Shown: positions 1-8,260 of the stretch, in pieces | How positions within the stretch are numbered: position 1 is the stretch's first letter | Layout: every line of letters begins with the position of its first letter | Translations under genes and position numbers: made by a program | Notes under the pieces: model-generated | Told to the model about the DNA's origin: nothing | Seen by the model: only the letters and a program-made list of their open reading frames with translations | The model's database searches: none | Assembly: GCA_048885535.1 (NCBI GenBank) | Contig: JBHLLO010000017.1 | Span: 19,993 to 48,926, forward strand | Length of the DNA stretch: 28,934 nucleotides | Reading direction: 5' to 3' | DNA from: Candidatus Hermodarchaeota archaeon | GTDB taxonomy: Archaea; Asgardarchaeota; Lokiarchaeia; Sigyniarchaeales; SOKP01

Positions 1-489
1 AAGGAAGATATCAGCGGTTCTGAGACGATTTTAGAAAAAATTAAAAGTAAGACACCCTGGGTATTTGGAAATTCATTAAGAAAGCCGAAAATAAATAATC
101 CACAAATAAAACTTCCAAAAATGGATATACCCTTACCTGGAAGGTCCTTAGTAGTCATAGGAATTTATATCATATTATTTCTACTCCAAACAGGAATAAT
201 ATATATCATTTACCGAGAGCCTATTGCAATAGGAGCGAGGGGAGATGAACCTGTTTTATTTTATCCTGATATACACGAAGCTTTTATCGTTGAGAGTATA
301 GTTGCTTCAATTTTCATTTTTCTTTGCTCTATTGGATTTATATTACTCTATCAAGCATCAAAGCATGTTTATAATAAGAAGACAGCGGTAAAAATTCTGG
401 TAATAGGTATAATTCTAATTATTTCTTCGTTTGTTGCATTGCAAGCATTTATCACCATAAAACTCGGTGAGAGACTATTCAATGTTTAA
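1..489 (+). CDS. Oligosaccharyltransferase subunit OSTC/DC2-like (OST3/OST6 family) membrane protein, 5'-truncated by window edge
   Basis: Frame is open from base 1 (KEDISGSETILEKIKSKTPWVFGNSLRKPKINNPQIKLPK-MDIPLPG...). Three TM segments. FLLQTGIIYIIYREPIAIG...EPVLFYP...AFIVESIVASIFIFLCSIGFILL...ILVIGIILIISSF...FITIKL parallels DC2 as recalled (FLITGGIIYDVIVEPPSVG...RPVAF...[23 protein letters not shown]...FMRMKL). Confidence 0.8.
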   Translation, partial: KEDISGSETILEKIKSKTPWVFGNSLRKPKINNPQIKLPKMDIPLPGRSLVVIGIYIILFLLQTGIIYIIYREPIAIGARGDEPVLFYPDIHEAFIVESIVASIFIFLCSIGFILLYQASKHVYNKKTAVKILVIGIILIISSFVALQAFITIKLGERLFNV

Positions 490-550
490 TTTTCACTTCT
501 TTACAAAAACATTGAAAAAAGAAAAAAATAATGATTTTTTTAATCAACAA

Positions 551-949
551 TTATAACTCAGCAATAAAAGCCTTATATGCTGCTTCATTCAATAGATTAC
601 TTTTCTCGGCATCCCAATTTGATGGATTGACCTTAAATAACCAAGCTGAGAAAGCATCTTCATTGATTTTTTCAGGTTCATCCATTAAAGCGGAATTAAC
701 TTCTGTTACTGCTCCTGAAACTGGACTATAAACATCCCCAACTGCTTTACTCGATTCAACAGTGCAATCTAATGGATCACTACTGGGTTCGTCTCCATCC
801 ATTTTAACTTGTTCAATAGTAGCTCCTTCAAGAGCTTCAACATCTACAAAAGATATTTCACCTAGTTGTTCTGCAGCATAAGGAGTAATTCCAACTGCTC
901 CAGTTTCATCATTAAACCATTGATGGGTTTTTGTAAACCAAATTGTCAT
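551..949 (-). CDS. gcvH: Glycine cleavage system H protein (lipoyl carrier)
   Basis: FTKTHQW, VGITPYAAEQLGEISFV, lipoyl-lysine motif VESSKAVGDVYSPVSG, VNSALMDEPEKINEDAF..AWLFKV. Confidence 0.95.
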   Translation of the reverse strand: MTIWFTKTHQWFNDETGAVGITPYAAEQLGEISFVDVEALEGATIEQVKMDGDEPSSDPLDCTVESSKAVGDVYSPVSGAVTEVNSALMDEPEKINEDAFSAWLFKVNPSNWDAEKSNLLNEAAYKAFIAEL

Positions 950-1078
950 ACTTTATACAACTCTTTATTCAAAATTTTATGAATTAGAAAATATTGCATT
1001 TAATTATATGATAAATTTAATTATATCCAAAATATAAAATTTTTTTATTGAGTAGGACTTAAAATTAGATCTAATAAA

Positions 1079-1921
1079 ATGCCATCTTCTATTAAGGATA
1101 AAATCAATTTTTATAATGAATTCAAACAATTTTATCTCAAAATATTAAAAAATTTTAAATTTGATTATAATTGTGATAAGAAAGCACGTAATCTTTTACA
1201 GAAAATTATTTTGACCAAACCTGATAATTATAATCTTGACCTGGTTCTTAATTCTATTAAAAGTCTTATTGATAATAAAAAATTAATATTAATTTACGGA
1301 TGCGGTCCATCATTGGAAGGGACAATAAAATATATACTTGACCTTAAAGGAAATCATTTATTTTATAATTTTATTAATTTATGTGCTGATGGGTCATCTA
1401 GATTATTACGTGAAAATAATATACCCATCGATATAATTTTCACAGATTTGGATGGGATTACTAAAACTGAGTTTTCTTATTCAGAATTTATAATTGTACA
1501 TGCTCATGGTGACAATATTAATAAATTACAAGAGTTTGAAAAATCGATTAGTGATTTTAAAAACATAATAGGTACGACACAAGTAGAACCGATCGAAAGT
1601 ATTATAAATCCAGGAGGGTTTACAGATGGAGATAGAATTTTATTTTTTATAAGACCCTTTTTAAACTCAAACCATAAAATCTATTTAGTGGGTATGGATT
1701 TTGATAAGATAATTGGGAAGTATAGCAAAATTGACAAATCTAGTAATTTTATAGCTTCAAAAGTTAAGAGAAGGAAATTAAGATATGCGAAATATTTAAT
1801 AGAGTGGATTCAGAAAGAACTACCATGCTCTATTTATTTTGTAAATTCTTTTCCAAAATCTAAAAAGTTTAATAATTTAAATTTATATGAGTTTAGAAAA
1901 TTAGTTATTGATAAATTTTAA
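1079..1921 (+). CDS. mptE: 6-hydroxymethyl-7,8-dihydropterin pyrophosphokinase MptE (DUF115)
   Basis: GCGPSL, ADG, TDLDG, VHAHGDN, GTTQ, GGFTDGDR, GMDF and GKYSK motifs of the archaeal MptE family. Confidence 0.9.
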   Translation: MPSSIKDKINFYNEFKQFYLKILKNFKFDYNCDKKARNLLQKIILTKPDNYNLDLVLNSIKSLIDNKKLILIYGCGPSLEGTIKYILDLKGNHLFYNFINLCADGSSRLLRENNIPIDIIFTDLDGITKTEFSYSEFIIVHAHGDNINKLQEFEKSISDFKNIIGTTQVEPIESIINPGGFTDGDRILFFIRPFLNSNHKIYLVGMDFDKIIGKYSKIDKSSNFIASKVKRRKLRYAKYLIEWIQKELPCSIYFVNSFPKSKKFNNLNLYEFRKLVIDKF

Positions 1922-2716
1922 CTAAGGGCTGTAGTCTTTAATCCCTTCGGATTTTATTTTGAATAATACTTTTTTTTCTGGTAGAGAAAGTGAATTAATG
2001 ATATGTACCTTGCCAATTGATTCTTCTTGTAAAGTTAAATATAAAAACTCAGAAAAGAAGTGATTCATATATTGGATTCCTACAGGGATCTCTCCAATTT
2101 CTGTGCCAGTTACGAAACTTGGGGTAACTTGGGCTGTTGCAACTATGATTAAGTTATATTTATTAGTAAGATCGTTGATATATTTTAAAATTTTTATAAA
2201 ATTTGATTTTGCTTTAAAATAACTAACTTCTGTATTAGATTGCTCGACGCGATAATAATTATTTAATGAATCAATCAAAAGTACCCTATATTTTTTCATT
2301 TTTATTAAATTTTCAATATTTTGTAAGTTAAGCAGAAACATAGAATTACTCATAACTTTAGTAACTAGAATATTTTTTAAAACTTTTTTCGGATTCAATC
2401 TTTGAGCTTCTGCTATTTGAATAATTCTCTCAGGACGGAAGGTATTTTCTGTATCAATAAAAAGACAAGAAGAAAATCTTTTAGAAGATTCTACACATAA
2501 TTGATGACAGAGTTGGGTCTTTCCGGTGCTATATGCACCGAATAAGATATATAATTTTTCTGAATGAAATCCACCATTCATCAAGTTATCTAAATTAGTT
2601 AATCCAGAAGGAAGTACGTTAATTTGTTCTAAATTAGAGTTTCTCTGGTTTAATATTATATCTGAATCGATATATTGATTTAGCTTATTGAGTATTTTAG
2701 AAAGATTAAGGTTCAT
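1922..2716 (-). CDS. RadA/Rad51 paralogue (ATPase core only, no N-terminal HhH domain)
   Basis: SGLTNLDNLMNGG, Walker A GAYSTGKTQLCHQL, IDTENTFRPERI, Walker B LLIDSL; 264 aa. Confidence 0.85.
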   Translation of the reverse strand: MNLNLSKILNKLNQYIDSDIILNQRNSNLEQINVLPSGLTNLDNLMNGGFHSEKLYILFGAYSTGKTQLCHQLCVESSKRFSSCLFIDTENTFRPERIIQIAEAQRLNPKKVLKNILVTKVMSNSMFLLNLQNIENLIKMKKYRVLLIDSLNNYYRVEQSNTEVSYFKAKSNFIKILKYINDLTNKYNLIIVATAQVTPSFVTGTEIGEIPVGIQYMNHFFSEFLYLTLQEESIGKVHIINSLSLPEKKVLFKIKSEGIKDYSP

Positions 2717-2864
2717 CTTATAGAAATTTGTTTATTTTTAAAATTTTGCTACTATTAAGAATTTAATTTATCAGATATTAAAAATTAATATCAAAAAAAA
2801 TATGCGAAAAATTAATTTTAAACTAAACATAAATTGTATTGTTAAAACAAAGAATTGATATGAG

Positions 2865-3476
2865 ATGGCAAAGAAAAAAAAGGAAGTTTGCCCTTATTGC
2901 GGTAATAGTTTTGCATACCTCTCACGTCATAAATGCAAAGTGAAGGAACGATTAGAGGGTTCTGAGGAAAATGACCAGTCAGAAGTAGAAAGAAGAATTG
3001 AAAGAATTGAAGAGAGGAAGAGACATTTTACTAGGAGTCTTAGAAAGGAAGAAAAGGTAATTCTTGATATAATAAATAAAAATAGAAATCTATACTTTAA
3101 TGATCTATTGAAATTAACTAAAAAAAGTCGTAATGAATTGGATGAGATATTGGATATATTAGCTTTACAATCGAAAATAAAGATAAGAAGAGAATTAGTT
3201 GATGCTTCATGGACAAAATTCATATCAGCTGTCGAAGAAATTGATATAAAGGTAAAAGATATGAAGATTAATAAGAATAAAAATGATTTTATATTAGATA
3301 TTTTCTCGTATCAACCATGTTTAATATGCCCCTTTATTTCAAGGTGTAATGAAACTAGCAACGATCAATTTAATCCGCATGTGTGTATTTGGCTTACTGA
3401 ATGGATTTTTGCTTCCTTAGAGGGTAAAACATATAAAGTAAATTTTGATAAAATACAATCAGAGAATTTAGAATAA
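2865..3476 (+). CDS. TFE-beta / RNA polymerase III RPC34(RPC39)-like protein: N-terminal Zn-finger, winged helix, C-terminal 4-Cys Fe-S domain
   Basis: C-terminal PCLICPFISRC...FNPHVCIWLTEWI matches the RPC39/TFE-beta pattern PCxxCP...C...PxxCxxLxEW. Central wHTH-like segment (ILDII...LYFNDLLKLT...LDEILDILALQSKIKIRRE). Confidence 0.75.
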   Translation: MAKKKKEVCPYCGNSFAYLSRHKCKVKERLEGSEENDQSEVERRIERIEERKRHFTRSLRKEEKVILDIINKNRNLYFNDLLKLTKKSRNELDEILDILALQSKIKIRRELVDASWTKFISAVEEIDIKVKDMKINKNKNDFILDIFSYQPCLICPFISRCNETSNDQFNPHVCIWLTEWIFASLEGKTYKVNFDKIQSENLE

Positions 3477-4124
3477 TTACTTTTTTTTTAGCCCTATAAG
3501 ATAGATTTCATTACTTTTTTTATTCGAAGATTTTGGTTTGAAACTCTTAAGAAAAATGAATCTATTTTTGACTTCTTTATAAAATTCTTCAAAATCTTCT
3601 CCTTGAAAAGTTTTGATGACAAAATTTCCTTTATTTTTCAAGAAAAAGTTTGATAATGAAAGTATTGTATAACATAATCTTGTTTGCCTTGCTTGGTCAC
3701 TAAATTTATTACCAGATTTGTTTATACTAGCGTCAGAAAGAATTAAATCTAATTTTTCTCCTTTAAAAAATTCATTAATTTTATATCTCAGCGCTTCATT
3801 GGTGATATCCATTGTAATAATTTCAACGTCCTCAATAGGGGCTATTTTCTTAATGTCAACACCCATAATTTTGAAACAATTTCTGGAATAATGATTATCA
3901 TTATATTTTTCTAGATTTTCAATAGCAAATTCTTTAGAAATTTGTAGCCAAGAGCCTGGAGCACTTCCTAAATCAAGAATATAAAAAGCTCTCTTAAAAA
4001 TATTGAATTCTTTTTGAATTTCTATAAGTTTAAAAGCTGAACGTGCTCTATATCCTTTTCGTTTCGCTTCTTTATAGTGAGGGTCTTTTGCATGATCTGA
4101 TTGACGTTTATCCAGATTTAACAC
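3477..4124 (-). CDS. rlmE: RlmE/FtsJ-family RNA 2'-O-ribose methyltransferase
   Basis: DPHYKEAKRKGYRARSAFKLIEI, LDLGSAPGSWLQ, GVDI, ILSD, FVIKTFQG, KPKSS..SNEIY (K-D-K-E tetrad). GTG start. Confidence 0.95.
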   Translation of the reverse strand: MLNLDKRQSDHAKDPHYKEAKRKGYRARSAFKLIEIQKEFNIFKRAFYILDLGSAPGSWLQISKEFAIENLEKYNDNHYSRNCFKIMGVDIKKIAPIEDVEIITMDITNEALRYKINEFFKGEKLDLILSDASINKSGNKFSDQARQTRLCYTILSLSNFFLKNKGNFVIKTFQGEDFEEFYKEVKNRFIFLKSFKPKSSNKKSNEIYLIGLKKK

Positions 4125-4126
4125 CT

Positions 4127-5332
4127 TTAATCATTCATTTCACTAATTATTTTTTCTAATCTTTTTATACCAATATTTGTTTTTATTGATAAAAAGTCAA
4201 AATGAGTTCTTGAAGCTTGACCTCCAGTATTTTTAATCTTATTTATTATTGATTCTATTTTGGGAACTTGGGATTTTTTTAATTTTTCGCAAAGTTTATG
4301 AATATTATAGTATGTAGCAGGCATATCTATTTCTTTCAATGCTAAATTCAAAATTTTATTAATTTTATTCTTATTAGAAAATGTAGAATTATTATTATGA
4401 ATAATAAGTCTTTGAAGAAATATTTTATCATGTAGTTCATTAATCCAGAGAGGACCTGCATACTTTAAGGCTGAGTTTGTTTTACAAATAGGACATTTAT
4501 TAGGTATTTTTAAGATATTTTCAGGATAAATTGATCTATATCCACAATCACTACAATGCAAAATATAACCAAAATTTGAAAGATTTTTGTAAATCTTATT
4601 ATTTCCCTTGTATGTGAGGGCTAAAACTTTTATAAAATGACGTGAATAAAAAGTTAATAAAGGTATGATTCCAAGATTGTTTATGTTAGCAATTTTGGAA
4701 ATAAAATAGAGCAAAATTCTTGCACCTATTTCTTTACAATACTCAATGTGAAGAGGTTGAGATAAATATTTTTTAATACAAGCCTTTTTTCTAACACCAA
4801 ATAAAACTGCTGTATCTGTAGCGGTTATACTTAATAAACCACTTTGTTTTTGAATTGCTTTTGAAGCTGCATCAATAAAATAAGAGGGTGTGCCAAAAGG
4901 ATCAATTATTATTATATTAGGTCTCTTAATCCCATTTTGTTGGGCTAATTTTAGAAAAAGGGAATTTGCTTCTTCATTAGATACTTCTACTTGATTTAGA
5001 GATATACTATTCAATTCTAAGTTTTTTATTATAAGCTCTACTGCTGCAGGATTTAAATCATTAATATAGATTTTTTTAATGCTACGATATTCATTTAACA
5101 ACCTGATAGATGTAATCCCAGATGCCGCCATAGAATCAACTATTATTAATGGCTCGACATTATATAATTTCTTATAAGTCACAACACTTGATATTGTTAT
5201 ATCCCGATTTATTTCCATATCTTTATTATAGAATACACTCATTGATTTTGAAGGTATTTCTCCTATATCTGATTGATGGATAAAGAATTCTACAGAACCT
5301 TCTTTTTGCAATAATAGTTTATTATTATTCAT
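4127..5332 (-). CDS. trm1: tRNA (guanine26-N2)-dimethyltransferase Trm1
   Basis: VFYNKDMEINRD, DSMAASGITSIR, INDLNP, IDPFGTP, SITATDTAVLFG, EIGARIL, CxxC...CxxC, AGPLW, SRTHF. Confidence 0.95.
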   Translation of the reverse strand: MNNNKLLLQKEGSVEFFIHQSDIGEIPSKSMSVFYNKDMEINRDITISSVVTYKKLYNVEPLIIVDSMAASGITSIRLLNEYRSIKKIYINDLNPAAVELIIKNLELNSISLNQVEVSNEEANSLFLKLAQQNGIKRPNIIIIDPFGTPSYFIDAASKAIQKQSGLLSITATDTAVLFGVRKKACIKKYLSQPLHIEYCKEIGARILLYFISKIANINNLGIIPLLTFYSRHFIKVLALTYKGNNKIYKNLSNFGYILHCSDCGYRSIYPENILKIPNKCPICKTNSALKYAGPLWINELHDKIFLQRLIIHNNNSTFSNKNKINKILNLALKEIDMPATYYNIHKLCEKLKKSQVPKIESIINKIKNTGGQASRTHFDFLSIKTNIGIKRLEKIISEMND

Positions 5333-5367
5333 AGTTAAATTTAGAATTCCTCAATTTCATAAATCTT

Positions 5368-6351
5368 TTAAATACTAAGGTATAGGTTCACTATTTTCTC
5401 ACTACCAATTATTCCACCGCATGAAAGGGTATGCATTTGTTTAACATTATTTCTTTTCAATGGAGGGAGATTTTCAAGATATTTCACTTTATTTTCGCTG
5501 TCAAAAGCCAAAAACTCTCCCGCCAATGTTTTAATAATAAATGCTAACGGTAACCATTCATAATATACTCTAATTTTCGGTTTTGGGGAAGGAAAATAGG
5601 CATATACACCTCCATAGTTAATAATTGCATGGATATCTCCTACAAAACTGCCACTATAACGATCTTTTAAATGATGACTGATGGTTAGCTTTTCATACTT
5701 TTTAAATTCTTCATTCCATTGATTAGAATCACCCCCAATACATCTAATACCTCCTTCTTGTTCATTAGGCATGGATTTTAATTCTTGAAAGACGTAATGA
5801 TAGAAGGTCATACTATAGGATGATGTGTCTAATATAAATTCCGCAACTTTATCATTAATTGCAATCACAAGATTTGTAAAGATACCATAGAGGACATAAA
5901 ACCCACATACTATTTTGCCTATCTCATTATATATTCCAACAATTGTACCAACTGTTCTATTCACCGAAACGTTAGTAGAGCCATCAACAGGATCAATAGT
6001 TATTCCAAATACTCCCTCACCTAGGACAGGTTCAGATTCCTCTGAAGCTATAAAAGAAAAACTTGTATTCCCCTCCGTTAACGCTTTTAGAATTATACTA
6101 TGAGTTAGAATATCTTCATGAATTTGGATTTCTTTAAATACGTTTTTTGAATCATATTTTTGATTTGTGATATTCAATCTGTGTTCTATCTCCCTAGAAG
6201 TTATACCCCTTTCAAGTAATCCCCGTATTGGGATTGTTGCTTCAGCAATTGTTTCAATAATTTCAATCAATTCTTCTTTATGTGGAAATGATGGATTTAA
6301 TTCTTTTAGCAACCATTTAGATAATTTTATTCTATCACTTTTAGAACTCAT
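5368..6351 (-). CDS. fbp: Class I fructose-1,6-bisphosphatase (FIG superfamily)
   Basis: NVFKEIQ, ASEE, IDPVDGSTNVSVNRTVGTIVGIY, YVLYG, RYSGSFVGDIH...GGVYAY, KIRVYYEWLPLAFI. Confidence 0.85.
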   Translation of the reverse strand: MSSKSDRIKLSKWLLKELNPSFPHKEELIEIIETIAEATIPIRGLLERGITSREIEHRLNITNQKYDSKNVFKEIQIHEDILTHSIILKALTEGNTSFSFIASEESEPVLGEGVFGITIDPVDGSTNVSVNRTVGTIVGIYNEIGKIVCGFYVLYGIFTNLVIAINDKVAEFILDTSSYSMTFYHYVFQELKSMPNEQEGGIRCIGGDSNQWNEEFKKYEKLTISHHLKDRYSGSFVGDIHAIINYGGVYAYFPSPKPKIRVYYEWLPLAFIIKTLAGEFLAFDSENKVKYLENLPPLKRNNVKQMHTLSCGGIIGSEKIVNLYLSI

Positions 6352-6545
6352 AACCCAAAACTACTTTTAAATTAATGAATTTATTAAATTCTTAAGTATA
6401 ATAATGAAAAATTATTGATAATTCTTTATACTAACAAAGAGAATTGAATCCTTAGATTTTTTTAGAAAGTATAGCTGAAGTACTTAAAAGCCCTCTTTTA
6501 GGTCTAAAGTTATATCATACTCAAAACAAGCCTTAATAAGCATTA

Positions 6546-7256
6546 TTAAATTTTTTTTTTAATCGTTAAAAATCCATTTTTAGTAAGAATAGCTGAACTT
6601 TCTATTGTTTTTTCTTCATCTTTCTTATTAAAAATGAATTTTCGTTGACTTAATTTATTTGTTCGAATGATCTTAATGGTTGAGTTAATCCAGTAATCCA
6701 TAACTAGACCTCCGCTTTGAACTTCAACTAGATGCCCATTAGAGACAATATTAGTTTTATTATTTACGATTAGAATTTCAATACTATAAGTCTCATTCAA
6801 AAAAGATAAATTTGCTAAAATTTGACTTAATTTGTAATTTAATAAAAAATTTTTTTCTTTACTCTCTTTATTCAGTTCTAATCGATATAAATCAGTTATA
6901 GAATCAATTACTATTAAATATATCTTATTTTTAGCTTCTTTATTAACGTTCAGCACTAAAAATTCTAAATTAAAAACTAAAGAGCAAAGGTCTTCAAAAT
7001 CTAATGCCTTAATAAAGGTTATATTATCTAGAACCTTCTTTATTGACGTTTGGATAAGATCGTTTATTTTTTTAAAAGGGAAATTAGGTTTTGTATATAT
7101 ATAAATAATATTCTTCTCTTTTATTGCCATATCTATAGCTTTTTGAATTGAAAAAGTAGTCTTTCCAACTCCGTAATCGCCCCATATCGAAATAATTCCT
7201 TTATTGGGAAAAAGAAGGTTGATAAATTCTTGAAATTCTTTATATAAAGAATCCAT
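6546..7256 (-). CDS. RadB-like RecA-superfamily paralogue
   Basis: Walker A GDYGVGKT, Walker B LIVIDSITDLYRLE, ILIVN, GGLVMDYW; ends in ILTKNGF; 236 aa. Confidence 0.75.
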   Translation of the reverse strand: MDSLYKEFQEFINLLFPNKGIISIWGDYGVGKTTFSIQKAIDMAIKEKNIIYIYTKPNFPFKKINDLIQTSIKKVLDNITFIKALDFEDLCSLVFNLEFLVLNVNKEAKNKIYLIVIDSITDLYRLELNKESKEKNFLLNYKLSQILANLSFLNETYSIEILIVNNKTNIVSNGHLVEVQSGGLVMDYWINSTIKIIRTNKLSQRKFIFNKKDEEKTIESSAILTKNGFLTIKKKI

Positions 7257-7298
7257 TATTATAAGTTTTTAAATTGATAGTTAATTTATATATTTAAT

Positions 7299-8135
7299 TT
7301 GAGAAAATTACCTTTATATATATTTACAGAAGATTTGAACTTTTTTTATAGATTAAATAAAGCGTTAAAAGAAAAAAAGATCCCTTTTATAATATCTAAT
7401 ATTCCAAATAAGATTCCTAATTTTCCATCGATAATACTTACCACAGTCAAAGAGTCCAACAGATTGGTAAGAATAAATAATAAAGCAATAATCTTAGCAT
7501 ACTCTATTAATGAAATGTTTGAGGATTACCTATTAAAAATCATCGCTTCTTATAGAGTAGGATTTAAACTCAATTATAATTCAATTATATTCTCAATTGA
7601 CCCTGGCAATAGAATAGGTTTAATGGTTTTCTTAGATGATTATTATTTTGATTCCTATTGCTTTTATGAAGAAGAAAGTATAATTAAGAAAATCCATAAT
7701 ATTATAAAATATTTTCAAATGAATAATCCTAATTTAATAAATCTAGAATTTAAATTTGGGAGTGGAGTTCTCTCATTAACACAAAAACTAATTGGTCTGA
7801 TTTATAAAACAATAAAAAATCAAAATAGGGCAAGATTTTTTTTGATTGATGAATTTAAATCCTCAAAAATAAAAACATTAAATAAATATATAGGGAAAAA
7901 AATATCAAAGGATGAAATCTCAGCTTTAATTCTAGCATTAAGAGGTGGTATTGAACTTGATATTAATAATTATAACTCAATTTCTAATTCCACCAAAGGA
8001 AAAAAGTCCAAACCTAATGCATTTCAGCAACCCAAATCTTGGACCGCTAATGAACCACAATATACATTATTCCAAATAATTGAAAAAATTCTAAATAGTG
8101 AATTGTCGCTTAGCAGCGCATCACAATTAATTTAA
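7299..8135 (+). CDS. Hypothetical protein with probable RNase H-like (YqgF/RuvC-type) fold
   Basis: 278-aa ORF with TTG start. Motifs IIFSIDPGNRIGLMVF, KFGSG, LIDEFKSS and KDEISALILA resemble the YqgF-like DxG / DExxSS / DxxAA pattern. Confidence 0.5.
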   Translation: MRKLPLYIFTEDLNFFYRLNKALKEKKIPFIISNIPNKIPNFPSIILTTVKESNRLVRINNKAIILAYSINEMFEDYLLKIIASYRVGFKLNYNSIIFSIDPGNRIGLMVFLDDYYFDSYCFYEEESIIKKIHNIIKYFQMNNPNLINLEFKFGSGVLSLTQKLIGLIYKTIKNQNRARFFLIDEFKSSKIKTLNKYIGKKISKDEISALILALRGGIELDINNYNSISNSTKGKKSKPNAFQQPKSWTANEPQYTLFQIIEKILNSELSLSSASQLI

Positions 8136-8260
8136 AGAATAAGTTTTTTAAGAAGTTTTTATATAATATAATAAATCGGTTGAAAAGATTTCTTTTTTCA
8201 ATAGATTCAAAACAGATATAATTCTTTTTAAGAAGTATCTGATAAGGGGATAAAGTATAT

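Noticed and set aside
531-731. 66-aa + strand ORF
   Set aside because: Antisense shadow of gcvH.
2927-3223. 98-aa minus ORF
   Set aside because: Antisense shadow of the TFE-beta-like gene.
5915-6370. Two short + ORFs (5915-6103, 6167-6370)
   Set aside because: Antisense to the FBPase gene; no motifs.
6483-6502. Hairpin CTTAAAAG-CCCT-CTTTTAGG between the RadB-like gene and fbp
   Set aside because: Short AT-rich stem expected by chance; no C/D-box or other ncRNA signature recognised.
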